Source: Octopus sinensis (Eukaryota). Taken from it: a DNA stretch of 64,000 nucleotides. The notes below the pieces were generated by a model. That model did no database searches, was not told the origin of the DNA, and was given only the letters and a program-made list of their open reading frames with translations. Below, one piece after another: positions 52,667 through 64,000 of the stretch; positions within the stretch are counted from its first letter, which is position 1; every line of letters begins with the position of its first letter. Both the position numbers and the translations under genes were made by a program. The stretch covers positions 30,194,001 through 30,258,000 of the forward strand of contig NC_043007.1 in the NCBI RefSeq assembly GCF_006345805.1, in the 5' to 3' direction.

Positions 52667-53120
52667 ACATACACGCATACTTAGGTCAAATAACCGAACA
52701 AAATATAACAATAAGAGGTCATACAGTTATTTGTTGAAGCTGCAGAAACGTTGGAAGTTTGGAAAATGATGGAGAGTAAGATTTCAATGAGTTAACATTA
52801 AACGAAGAGAGAAGTTGTTAAGAGACAGAGAGATGCAGAACAATATAGAACAAGCGAGGAAGGCTGAAGCCTCGTTTCTTAGCTGTAAAATTAGCAGTTA
52901 TCTTAAGTCTCTTATTTTTAGCGGATTTAAAACTGCTGGGTATTTTGTGATTTCAATTAATATACTGCATCATTACGCTTATTGATAAGTGTTGTATTAG
53001 AAAGCAGGGTTTCTGCTGCATCCTGGTTGCATCTTCTCCACGGCAACCAAGAATTCTCTAACAAAATCCTTCCCTAACACAAGTTTACGAAACCCGAGTA
53101 TATCGTTTATCTTGTTATAG

Positions 53121-53331
53121 TTTACTTGTTTCAGTCATTGGATTGCGGCCATGCTGCAGCACCGCCTTGAATTTTCAGTCGAATGAATCGATTTCAGAAT
53201 TTTTTTTTAAGCTTGATACTTACTCTATCGGTCACTCTTATGCCGAACCGCTAAGTTTCGGGGTCGTAAACACACCCACACCGGTTGTCAAGCGTTGGTG
53301 GGGACGGGCACAAATACACACACTCAAATCT

Positions 53332-53416
<85 letters not shown>

Positions 53417-53581
53417 TATATACGACAGGATTCTTTCAGTTTCCGTCTACCAAATCCAATCTCATGGCTTTGGTGGGCCCGAGGCTATAGTAGAAGACCC
53501 TTACCGAAGGTGCCACGCAGTGGGACTGAACCTGGAACCATATAGTTGGGAAGCAAGCTTCTTACCACACAACCACGCCTA
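53121..53581 (-). mobile_element. SINE family B, full length, with an expanded internal (CT)n(TA)n microsatellite
   Basis: Head, middle and tail are all present on the minus strand. Confidence 0.9.
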
Positions 53582-53951
53582 TAGATAATGTAGTCCTTGA
53601 TGTACAAGGATCATCAAAAAATGAACACGGGTGGACTAGTTTCGCTTATAGGCCTGTGGACCAGACACAACCTGGGGCTAAACGGCAACATGCAGCGAGA
53701 CATAAACTAGGGGAATCCTGAACGTGATGGTCATGCCTGATCAAACGTTGATCATAGAACGACTGCTTCGCCTGTGATCCAAAATTAAACTGCAACGTCG
53801 ATAGAGAGGAAGGACACATGTGATAATGTCTTCCTAGGTAGACATATTTTTGTGAGATAAATAAGACAGGATGCTCGCAGTTTGGATATGTGTAACCGGA
53901 GATGTGTTGGATCAGAGTTTCACGAGCACAGAAACACACGCAGACTCACTC

Positions 53952-54008
<57 letters not shown>

Positions 54009-55282
54009 GACTCACTCTAACACACACATACACACACTGTCACATGTAATTACCATCATCTTTCATAGAACTCCAGTTGTTTTTCTCCACAGTCCCCTGT
54101 TGCTATGCCAACCAAAAGACATGGGATGACATTCTCTTATTCAATCAATCAATTACAATTCGATAAAGGTGCTGCATTAGGCTGCAGTGATTGTTACTCT
54201 TGCTGTTGTTGTTGTCGTTGTTGCTGTTGTTGTTGTTGGTTATTTAATTTGTTTACATGACTCTTATAACTGTCATTTGTAATTACTCACCAGAATGTAT
54301 GCATGTTTTTCTTTTTCACCGGGCACCTTGTATATTAGCTGTAGAAAGAAATATAACATCTCTCTTTCTCACTCTTTAACTTTTCTATCTCATTCTCTGC
54401 TTCTCTGTTAGCAATTTATAATGAAAAAAAACCCCAAAAAAAACTCCACCCACGTCCTTAGAAAATTTCCATTCTTTTCTTTACCTCTTGAGAAGATATC
54501 TTCCGCAAATTAGTTATCGTTTCAAAATATCTACGGATTGAAACACTTCAGCTTGTAATAATAATAATAATAATACACACACACACCCGCTTTCCTGTGT
54601 CGAGTGATATGTATGTACGTCACAAAAGAGTGACATAATCGATTGCTGCAATTATGTCACTCGTCTGTAAAAAATAAATGCAAACAGCTGCCACCCCGAT
54701 ACTTAATCGAGGAATTATACTTCCCATTACAGTATGATGTTATTATTAAGACATCATAGAATCCATTCTGCAGAAATGGATATCCTGGGATAAACAAAAC
54801 AACAACACCGCTGTAAGTGAATCCATCCATCCATATCAAGATAAGTAATACTGGAATATTCCCATCAAAACACAACAGAACTGGTTTAGATGTTTGGAGC
54901 TCAAAGAAATATCGTGAATAGTCATTGATGATAGCTACCCTTGCACGTAAGAACATCTCTTCCAAACTTAGAGCAAGAGAGTCTCTTCTTAGTCAACTGC
55001 TACGACACTTGCAGCGCCCCCTATCCTGGTAATATATTCACATTTACAAGTAATTATTGATGTATTTGGTCTTGGTGGAAAATCTTCGAATGATAATTTG
55101 GAAAAGCTAAGATTTTTCAGGCAGAGGGAAAAGCCCGTCAACACGAAAGCGATAATGTAGAACTTAAAATCAGTTGAGATTCAAATGACCTAAAGTTCAA
55201 ACTGCCAAAAGCATGAAAGACCAATAGAAGAAGACTGTAATGTCGAAAGATGAAATGTCTGAATTTATCTTTTGTTTTTACA

Positions 55283-55662
55283 TATTTTACTTGTTTCAAT
55301 CATTATACTGCGGTCATACTGGGGTACCACCTTGAAGAATTTTAGTCGAACGAATGGACTCCAATATTTAGTATATTTTTTCTTGTAAAACCTAGTTTTT
55401 ATTCAGTCGGTCTCTTTTCACGAACTCTTAATTTATGGGGACGAGAACACCAGTTGTCAAGCGTAGGTGGGACACACACACACACACATATATATATGTA
55501 TATAACCGGCTTCCTTTAAGTTTCTGTCTACAAAATCCACTCTCAGGATTTGGTTGGTCCGAGGCTATATCAGAAAAAATTTGTCAAAGGTACCAAGGAG
55601 AGGAACTGAACTCGGAACCATGTAGTTGGGAAACAAACTTCTTACCACACAGCTACGCTTGC
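55283..55662 (-). mobile_element. SINE family B, full length (diverged)
   Basis: Colinear with 53121-53581. Confidence 0.82.
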
Positions 55663-56241
55663 GGAAATATTTGGAAATATTTTAATGATAAAATAATAGA
55701 TTTTTAAAAGACATTTCAGGACAATTTCAAACGGAAGTTTATTTAAGAAACATTTAAACAGTTTACCTTTTTTTTCTTTCTATTATATTACGTTAGAATA
55801 ACGAAAGCAGGTGAAATATTTATACCCTTCCTCTAACGAAAAAAAAAAATGAAAATAAAAAATATTAAAATCAAATAAGTTTGATATCAAGGATATAAAA
55901 AAACCTTAACTAGTTATGGAATATTTCCTTTATTAAAATGACTTTATTTTGAAGATTTTCCTTGATTTTGCTTCAAAACCAACGTAAACAGAATCAAACA
56001 ATTAAAAGAGTGAAGAATGTACACTTTGACCAAAGAGTGAACAAGGGAGATAAGCAAGTGTACAGGCCTACTCTAGATATATAAAACGCACACAGCGCAC
56101 ACACACACTTTCCCTCTCAGTATATTTATATATATATATATATTTATATATGTGTGGGTGTGTGTATGTGTAACTATATGCACATGTGCATATACATTTA
56201 TACATGCATATTTGTCCATATATAGATATTCTACACTTTTC

Positions 56242-56280
<39 letters not shown>

Positions 56281-56309
56281 CTATCTATCTATCTATCTCT
56301 ATCTATCTA

Positions 56310-56341
<32 letters not shown>

Positions 56342-56709
56342 CACACACACACACACATATTAAGAGAAAAGAGAAGAAAAAAATCGATATAATTTAAATT
56401 CCTTGTTACACCTGTTGCCTTCCAAGATAGGAAATAACAAAAGCATTCATGTTCTAAAAACAAATATAGAATCTCTCATTCGTAATTCTTCAGACAAACA
56501 TTCTTCTTAAACAATTCATGGAATTAAAAATATTCCAAATGTTTCCAGTCGTTTTGTTATGTAATTAATGTAATTACTTTGCAAATAGAATTCACCAGAA
56601 ATTCCAAATGCTATCGTATTCAAAATATGGCATCTATATGCAAACATCATATTACATTCAACGCACAGATGTGTTTCAGGAGGACACGGCATAAGTTATA
56701 AGACTTATA

Positions 56710-57046
56710 AAGGGTAAAAATTGGCTTCGGTCATGAAGGACCATGGGACTGCACCTAGAAAGTTCCCCTCCAAGGTACAAGTCCGGGCAAGTTTGTTTTA
56801 TGGAAGACCAGTGGTCACCCATGCACACCAGTATCCCCTCTCCAAGCCACCGATGTTATCCAAGGGAAAGGGAAAGACCGATACAGCTTGGCACCTGTGA
56901 CATTGCAACTCATTTCTGCAGCTGAGTGAACTGGAGCAACGTGAAATAAAGTGTCTTGCTCAAGAACACAAGACAGCCCAGTCTGGGAATCGAACTCACT
57001 AGCTCATGATTCAGTCCGACTCTCTAACCACTGAGCCATGCGCCTT
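56710..57046 (-). mobile_element. tRNA-derived SINE family C
   Basis: The minus strand reads ggcgcatggctcagtggttagag (A box)...gagttcgattccc (B box)...tcttgagcaagacactttatttcacgttgctccag core. The head 14-mer taaccactgagcca is duplicated at 57052-57065. Confidence 0.85.
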
Positions 57047-57184
57047 ATATTAACCACTGAGCCACAAGCCTTATATAAACACTGTGTGTGTGTGTTTGTA
57101 GAAAAATGTTTCTTTAAATTATCAAAAATATATAAAATCTCAGAAAACCCGAATGACACGAGATCGTTTTTGAAGGAAGTTTTC

Positions 57185-57251
57185 GTATATATGTATAGGT
57201 ATATATATGTATAGGTATATATATTTATAGGTATATATATATATATACAGG

Positions 57252-57286
<35 letters not shown>

Positions 57287-57333
57287 AGGTATATATATAT
57301 ATGTATAGGTATATATGTATATGTATGTATAGG

Positions 57334-57409
<76 letters not shown>

Positions 57410-57430
57410 TGTATGTATAGGTGTATATAT
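57185..57430. repeat. (TA)n satellite with periodic taggta units
   Basis: Directly visible. Confidence 0.9.
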
Positions 57431-58374
57431 ATATTCACACTAAAGTTATACAATAGACTAGAGATAGATATATTTATGACAATGGAGAATCATAAAAAAC
57501 TTTGTACCCGACAACATATCGGGTTGATCAACCCAGAAAATATGAGCTTGGATTAGTTATTAGGAAGATTCTAAACAATATTAACAATAGCATCAGGAAG
57601 GACACCAACCTACTTCAGTGAAATAATAATAATGACGTCGTTAGCTGTTACAATATGATATCAACAATAGGCATAACTACAGGCTTATTCAATTCTCTAC
57701 TTTGTTGAATTCGTAACTTTTCAATTCTCAAACTTTGCTACGTAACGCCATAGATTTTGTTATGAACTACGATACAATAGTTACGAACGATACAGCTATA
57801 CTATAATAACGCATGCTAGACAACCCCCCCACTGTTCGAAAAGAATGCAGTCGGATTAAAACAAGTTCATTCGACGTAAACATGGGGTCATATGTCTGAG
57901 ACAATGTGTGGGAACTTTTAGGGCTTTACATCTTAGCTTGTATTCTCAACGGTATCTAATACCGAGGAAACCTTGAACTTGACAGAGACAATGAGTTTGC
58001 TATGAGTGGAATGCAGCGATGGCAAAACTGTAGGCAAGAAAGGGTAAAACATGGCCTACTTTTAGCACATCCAAGCTCAAAATAACTGCAACGACTAACT
58101 CCATTACAACTAACCTCTATGGTGTAACGTTCCATCTAAAACAACACCAATCTCTTTTGATTTATGCTGCCACCGCATCTCTTAGTTCCTACCCAACATG
58201 TCAACAACATTGGCAGCGGCAGCGGCACTCTGTATACTACAAGATCCCCGATAAGGCAGCCCCATTCTTTCACCCATTGCAAACAACTCAGGAGTTAAGG
58301 AATTCAAGGAAGTGGTAGTGGCAGGGGCGGTAGTAATAGGGTTCTGGTGTTATTATATTAATTCAGGTGGTGAA

Positions 58375-58695
58375 TGTTCGTTGTTTAGTGGTTAAGGTAT
58401 TCAGCTCAAAATCGCAAGGACATGTGTTCGATTCCCGGCGGCACGTTGTGTCCTTGCGCAAGAAAATTTATTCCTCGTTGCACCAGTCCACTTAGCTGAC
58501 AAAAAGAAGTCAGTACCTGTAATTCAAAAGGGGCCAGTCTTGTCACATTCTTCGTCAAGCTGAATCTCCTTAAGAACTACATTAAGGGAGTGTGAGTCTG
58601 TGGAGTGCTCAGCCACTTACACGTTGATTGCACAAGCAGGATGTTCCGTTGATCGGATCAACTCGAACACGCGTCGTCGTAACCGACGCAGACCC
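58375..58695 (+). mobile_element. tRNA-derived SINE family D
   Basis: tttagtggttaagg A box, gttcgattccc B box, gtgtccttgcgcaag core, and tail gttccgttgatcggatcaact...gtcgtcgtaaccgacg. Confidence 0.8.
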
Positions 58696-58859
58696 AGTTA
58701 TTAATTTAGGTTATAAATTTCGTGTTGAAAAAATACTTTACGGTATTTGTTACAATTCTAGATTCCCAGTTCAAATCTCACCGAAGTCAGCTGTCCATTT
58801 CACCCACCCGGGGTCGATAATTGAGTACCAGTGAAATACGAGGGTCGTTGGTGTAGACT

Positions 58860-59460
58860 AACTTCGTTCCTTTCAAGTTCCATGCACAAGACCAGGAATT
58901 TTTAGGGAGTGGGATTCTTCGATACCATCTACAGTTAATTGATTGAGCTTTTGAGATAAGTCTTATCACAGAATCTTCCTTAGAATTCTTGCAGAATACA
59001 AGACAACACTTTCCAGCAGCAAAACAATTCTTCAATCTTTTCGGTGGCGGTTTGGGGTTTGTGCCAAGGGCACCAATTACCATAGGAACGATTGTTGTCT
59101 TAAACTTCTTCAACTTCTTCATCTCTCAGCCCATGTTATGTTAGTTCTCATTTTTTAAAAATTACTTTGTTATCGAATCTGTTATCACAGGGAACTGCAG
59201 AATCTATGATTTTAAACTGTTGTTTGATTTTGTTTTCTATGATTACATCCCGCCTTCTTGATTCAATAGAATGGTCAGTCTTTATGGGGAAACCCTACAA
59301 GATTGTCATCTTAGAATTATGCTTGAATTTTGCTTTGTGTTTATACAAGTTGACTCCAAATCTCATCCAGAGACCTCAAGAGACAAGTTAGAAGTTCAAG
59401 TCGGTTTATCACTAAGATGGTAGATAGCTGCCTTGTTTTTGGATTTTTACAAAGTATTGT
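58860..59460 (-). mobile_element. R4-type LINE restriction-like endonuclease fragment (degenerate)
   Basis: IL*GFPIKTDHSIESRRRDVII...IIDSAVPCD, KTTIVPMVIGALGT.PK and SVVLYSARILRKIL. Confidence 0.75.
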
Positions 59461-59983
59461 TCAAGAGAATGTCTGTCAAAATAAAAAAAAAATTAAAAGT
59501 TGGCTGTAAAAGTTGCTTGATGCTAAGATGATAGTGTGATCGTAAGATAGCAGACCAAAAGGTATTTGCTACTATGTACATTTAAAAGCACTTTGCTTCT
59601 ACTAATACTACTGTGGAATTTTCGCTTTATAAATTTTAGTTTTAGGATTCTTCCTTGCAATATTATTCGCTAACGCGCCTAAAATAGGGTTAAACATCTT
59701 TCTGAAAAATCCCATCCTCTACATTAATGGATATTAGGCATATATGAACCCGGACGGACCCTAAATGAGACGAGAGAGATAGTCATAGCCAGAATACATT
59801 TTGTCACGAGCAAATTCATTCAGGACTCTACAAATATAAACAACTTTACTACGATGACATCGAATGTTCACCTTCTTTTCAACTTCTCTAAATAAAAATC
59901 TGTAATATATACAAAACACACGCCCACACATATACACAAGCACAGACAAACGCAGGCTTACACAAATACAAACACACATAATA

Positions 59984-60203
59984 CAGGGGTGGGGCCCAAA
60001 AGTAGGTTTACTGTTATTCAACTTTCACTTTCACGTTCATATATTAACAGTTTAGATCTTAATTATTAAAACAAAATGATATCATTATTCTATGCTAATT
60101 TAGTTAATTGTAAAATAGAAATTTAAAATGTAATAAAATGTTTTTTTAAAAGAAATTTAAAGTGTCTACGTGATAACTGTAAACGCACTTTTCGGCCACC
60201 CTG
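59984..60203. mobile_element. 220-bp Tc1/mariner-type MITE
   Basis: TA|caggggtggggcccaaaagtaggtttac ... gtaaacgcacttttcggccaccctg|TA; AT-rich interior. Confidence 0.8.
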
Positions 60204-61099
60204 TATATATATTTGAGTGTATAAGATGAATTCCGTTGAATCCATTTACATAATTTAAACTCTGTTCAATTCAAATATATTTTATTTGTCCTCCGAGTGA
60301 AAAAGTTTTCACTTGCGTATTTCGTACGCACCCAGCTCTAGAAAACGCTTATTTTAATGTACTGGCCTTGTGTTGTGTTTAATTAAGTTAGGCTACAAAT
60401 TGTTATATTCCTTTAGCTTGCTCAAAGCTATCCGTTTATTGATTTTGTTCTTTAAAAAAGTATTGTCATTCAAAAGAAACTACATTCTTGTCATATTCTA
60501 AAGAATATCATTTATATCTCTAAGCATGGAATAAACTAAACATGTTGATTTACATAGACGAGGACGTCAACGTGCGAAAGGAAAATATCTTTTATTCAAT
60601 GGCATTCAAATGGGGTACACCTCCTATCTCAGGAAGCTCATTACCTACTCCCACACCCGCATAGATTCAGACACACACATACACACACGCACGCACACAC
60701 ACATACATACACACACACACACATTGCTTTCACTTTTGCATCTAGTTTGCAAGATTCTTTATGTGAATCCGTGTGTTGAAACAAGTTTTGTTGTGTCAAG
60801 GGTGAGTCATTATGTATGCACGTGTAGAAGTCAGATTATTTCAGCTGTGATTTACTTGTGCTCCATCTGACGAGAGTTTTGGTTGAATTTTTGATATGAA
60901 CGAAATAATGGTAAACACATCGTTTTAGCATTTCCAGCTCAAAGCTGTGGCCATGCTGGTGCAACGCCGTTGCGTGATTTTTACATGTAATATATCTTCA
61001 CTTTACTTTAATATATTTTAATATATTCATCTTGGTTAGTTTACATTCGGTTAGTTCACGTGATATATTCTTGTGTGAATTTACGTGATTATCTTCAAT

Positions 61100-61112
61100 T
61101 ATCTATCTATCT

Positions 61113-61173
<61 letters not shown>

Positions 61174-61234
61174 ATATGTGTGTATATATATATATATATG
61201 TGTGTGTGTGTCTGTGTATGTATGTATGTATATG

Positions 61235-61308
<74 letters not shown>

Positions 61309-61340
61309 ATTATATATATATATATATGTATATATATGAG
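61100..61340. repeat. (TCTA)n/(TG)n/(TA)n compound microsatellite
   Basis: Directly visible. Confidence 0.93.
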
Positions 61341-61861
61341 ATCCAGGAGTAGGAAGAAAGTTAGCTCCAAGCATTCATAAAGCAACTTTCAGGGACCAGA
61401 GTGTTTTATTGAGAAGCAAAGTTGTGGATATTTTCTTATCGAAAATTGGAAAAAGTTCTGTATAATTCACGGTAGGCAACTAGGGTTGCCGGGTAAGCGA
61501 AGGAGAATAAAAGAATTAAGGAATGGAGTAGACACATATGTTTCATAGCGAGCGGAACTCCTGAAGTGGTAAATATCCAAGTGAGGTGTATACCGCAGGT
61601 TACTCATCAAGCCAAGAACATCTTGATTAAATGAAAGTTTACATTACGTTGCATATATATATATATATATATAAAATTATGAATGAAGGTCAATAAATTA
61701 GAGATGATGTCATCCGTGATGAAGTTTGTTAATCAATATGACAGACTGAATTATGTAGCTCGTAAATTTAATTAATTTAAGAAGGCAATATATACATACG
61801 TATATATAAATATAATATAATATATATGTATAATGTAACACACACACACACACACACACAC

Positions 61862-61919
<58 letters not shown>

Positions 61920-62174
61920 TGTGTGTTGTGTGTGTGTGTACTGAATAAACTGTGGAGAGAATAAATGGGTTTCCGAACGGCTGATAGTTGTCGTTCATAT
62001 TTATAAAGTAATCAACGTTATAAGAGATTGTTGCATAATCTGTTTTATTTCTCTTCTCACAATGTGGACAAGGTGCTGAAGTCAGGCGCATTTTTGTATA
62101 GTTTCCGTGAAATCGAACGAATACACGATTTGCCGAAAAGCTACGACCATGTTGCATAATGATTTATATGTTCA

Positions 62175-63403
62175 TAAACATGACAGAAGTAAATAGACAA
62201 CCCCATCAAACATCGTTTTATGTTTATTTTAACTTGCGAAGGTTTATATATTTTATTAATTGAAATTGTTATGTTTCAGGTTCTATATGTGTCTGTTTGA
62301 TATGTGACTGTTCCATATGTGACTGCCACGTACAAAAGAAACCGTGGAACTGTCTGAATTTCAAAGAGGCTGTGTTGTGGTTCATTCTGAAGGTGGACAT
62401 ACCGTAAAATCGCAGTAAACATTGGGGTTCCGCTTTCTGCAGTTAATAGAATGATTGTGCATTTTACCAGAGATGGAAAGGAGTCCACATCACTTCGCCC
62501 AGATCAACCAGGCCCTCTGACAGAGCCCTTCTCTTTGTTAAGAGAAGTGTGGAGGATAATCCTCGTTTCAAGACTTCTGACAGCAGAATAAGTTGATGTC
62601 AGTCCCAGAACAGTTGTCAGGTATCTTCACAAATGAAGCCACTTCTTCGATCAGCCAACATCAAGCGGAGAAAGGATTGCGCTTGTGAGATGGTGGAGAA
62701 GCCACTAGCATTTTGGAACGCTGTCATATTCTCTGATGAGTCCTGATTTGCTGTATTTCCTGACAGTGGTCGAGCCTGTATCTGGATACTCTGTGATCAA
62801 GAATTTCATGTGAGAAGATTGCAACCAACAATGAAACACGGCAGTTATTTGTGATGGTCTGGCGAGCAATTTGGAGCAATGGTTTATCAGAACTGGTGGA
62901 GTGTGAGGGAAGCATAAACTTAGATAAATATGTGTCCATATTTCAGAATGGACTCCTTCCAATCTACTCCAGTGATGAAATGATTTAGAAAGATTCCACA
63001 TTTATGGAAGATGGGGCCCCTTGTCACACGGCTAAAATGACCCAAGATTTGTTAGATGAGAATGGCATTAAAAAGATTCCATGGCCAAGCCAGTCACCAG
63101 ATGTGATCCGTATTGAACACCTCTGGGACATACTGGACAGACATCTCATTAAAAGAACAAGAAAGCATCTTCAAAGCCAGGTCTTTTGAGATTACTGCAT
63201 GAAACTTGGCAAGAAATTCCACAAGAGAATATTCGTCATCTGATGAGTAACATGCCTTGAATAGAAAAATGCAAAGAGAATGTCTACTAAATATTAGATA
63301 TAATAATATAATATAATAACTTATAAATAACCTGAATGTATAATTTCAGGTTTAAATAAATTTTAATGATTATAAGGGTGTCTATTTACTTCTGTCATAT
63401 CTG
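62175..63403 (+). mobile_element. Tc1-family transposon (DD34E), full-length relic
   Basis: TIR core atgacagaagtaaatagac at 62180 and its reverse complement at about 63380-63398. Motifs: ELSEFQRG, VIFSDES, MEDGAPCH and WPSQSPDVIRIEHLW, with 34 residues between D and E. Multiple stops and frameshifts. Confidence 0.92.
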
Positions 63404-63481
63404 TATAAATATATGTGTGCGTGTGTGTGTGTCTATATGTATGTATGGCCGTAGTCACATGACTGAAACAAGTAAAACAAT

Positions 63482-63530
<49 letters not shown>

Positions 63531-63689
63531 TAGATTTATTGCTTGAACAAAAAGTATTGACATTGTTACTGTGGTGTCCTGATGAAAGTACTGAGAATGT
63601 GGCCACTTGAACTCTTTCGCGCATGCACGCTAAGTTATAACGTTCTCGTTCACTTCTGTTGTTTGTAGCAGTCCTTGGCAGTAAAGGGT

Positions 63690-63965
63690 GTAGAGTGTGG
63701 TTGTCTCAAAAACAAGATCGGGTTTCAGCAGGACAGGATCTTCTTGATTGTGTCGAGGAAGAGGAAAACTCCTTGAAAATACTTATAACAGGTGTCGAAT
63801 TGTGGGTCTCTGAACGGAACATGCTTTTAAGCCATCGAGGAAATCCAAGACAATATGAAGAATATGCAGCGGCCGTTTGTCCCTAGAAAGGAGTTCCAGG
63901 AATGCTTCCATCAATGGAAACAATGCTGGATAATGTGTGTGACTTTAGAAGGGAACTGCTTCGAC
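63690..63965 (+). mobile_element. Internally deleted mariner remnant
   Basis: LSQKQDRVSAGQDLL...LKILITGVELWV (an ITGDETWV homologue) lies close to KEFQECFHQWKQCWIMCVTLEGNCF (mariner C-terminus). The D2-D3 region is missing. Confidence 0.7.
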
Positions 63966-64000
63966 TTTAGAAGGGAACCAGCCCCGATACATTTGATCAG

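Noticed and set aside
54657-54965. 102-aa minus-strand ORF MEEMFLRARV...
   Set aside because: No recognisable motif or gene structure; the length is within chance expectation.
58865-58960. Apparent shared 3' tail between SINE family A and the R4-type LINE at 58860-59460
   Set aside because: The similarity seems to extend into the SINE core (actg..gat..atcga..ccc), so a decayed SINE next to the LINE is the simpler explanation.

Overview
AT-rich eukaryotic DNA saturated with microsatellites and transposon debris. The SINE sequences and (TA/TATG/TCTA)n load look like an Octopus (coleoid cephalopod) genome; this is an inference, not a database result. I cannot confidently identify any intact host protein-coding gene, and most long ORFs in the track are artefacts of stop-free simple repeats. 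Recognisable elements: Penelope-like (PLE) RT and GIY-YIG remnants; several R4/Dong-clade LINE 3' fragments; Tx1/L1-clade 3' fragments; a CR1-like fragment; full-length but decayed mariner (DD34D), pogo/Tigger-like (DD35D) and Tc1 (DD34E) transposons with TIRs and TA target duplications; a Chapaev3-like relic with a piggyBac fragment apparently nested in it; two MITEs, one carrying TTAGGG repeats; and at least four tRNA-derived SINE families. The most notable signal is two independent head-to-head palindromic elements (6402-6871 and 43508-43839). Each arm carries a minimal type-I hammerhead-ribozyme fold with a palindromic, dimer-type stem III, and in the first element each arm is fused to a tRNA-derived Pol III head. 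Other points of interest are apparent partitioning of microsatellite targets among retroelement families and an unannotated ATG-less open frame that is 50% Asp/Glu (24970-25383).
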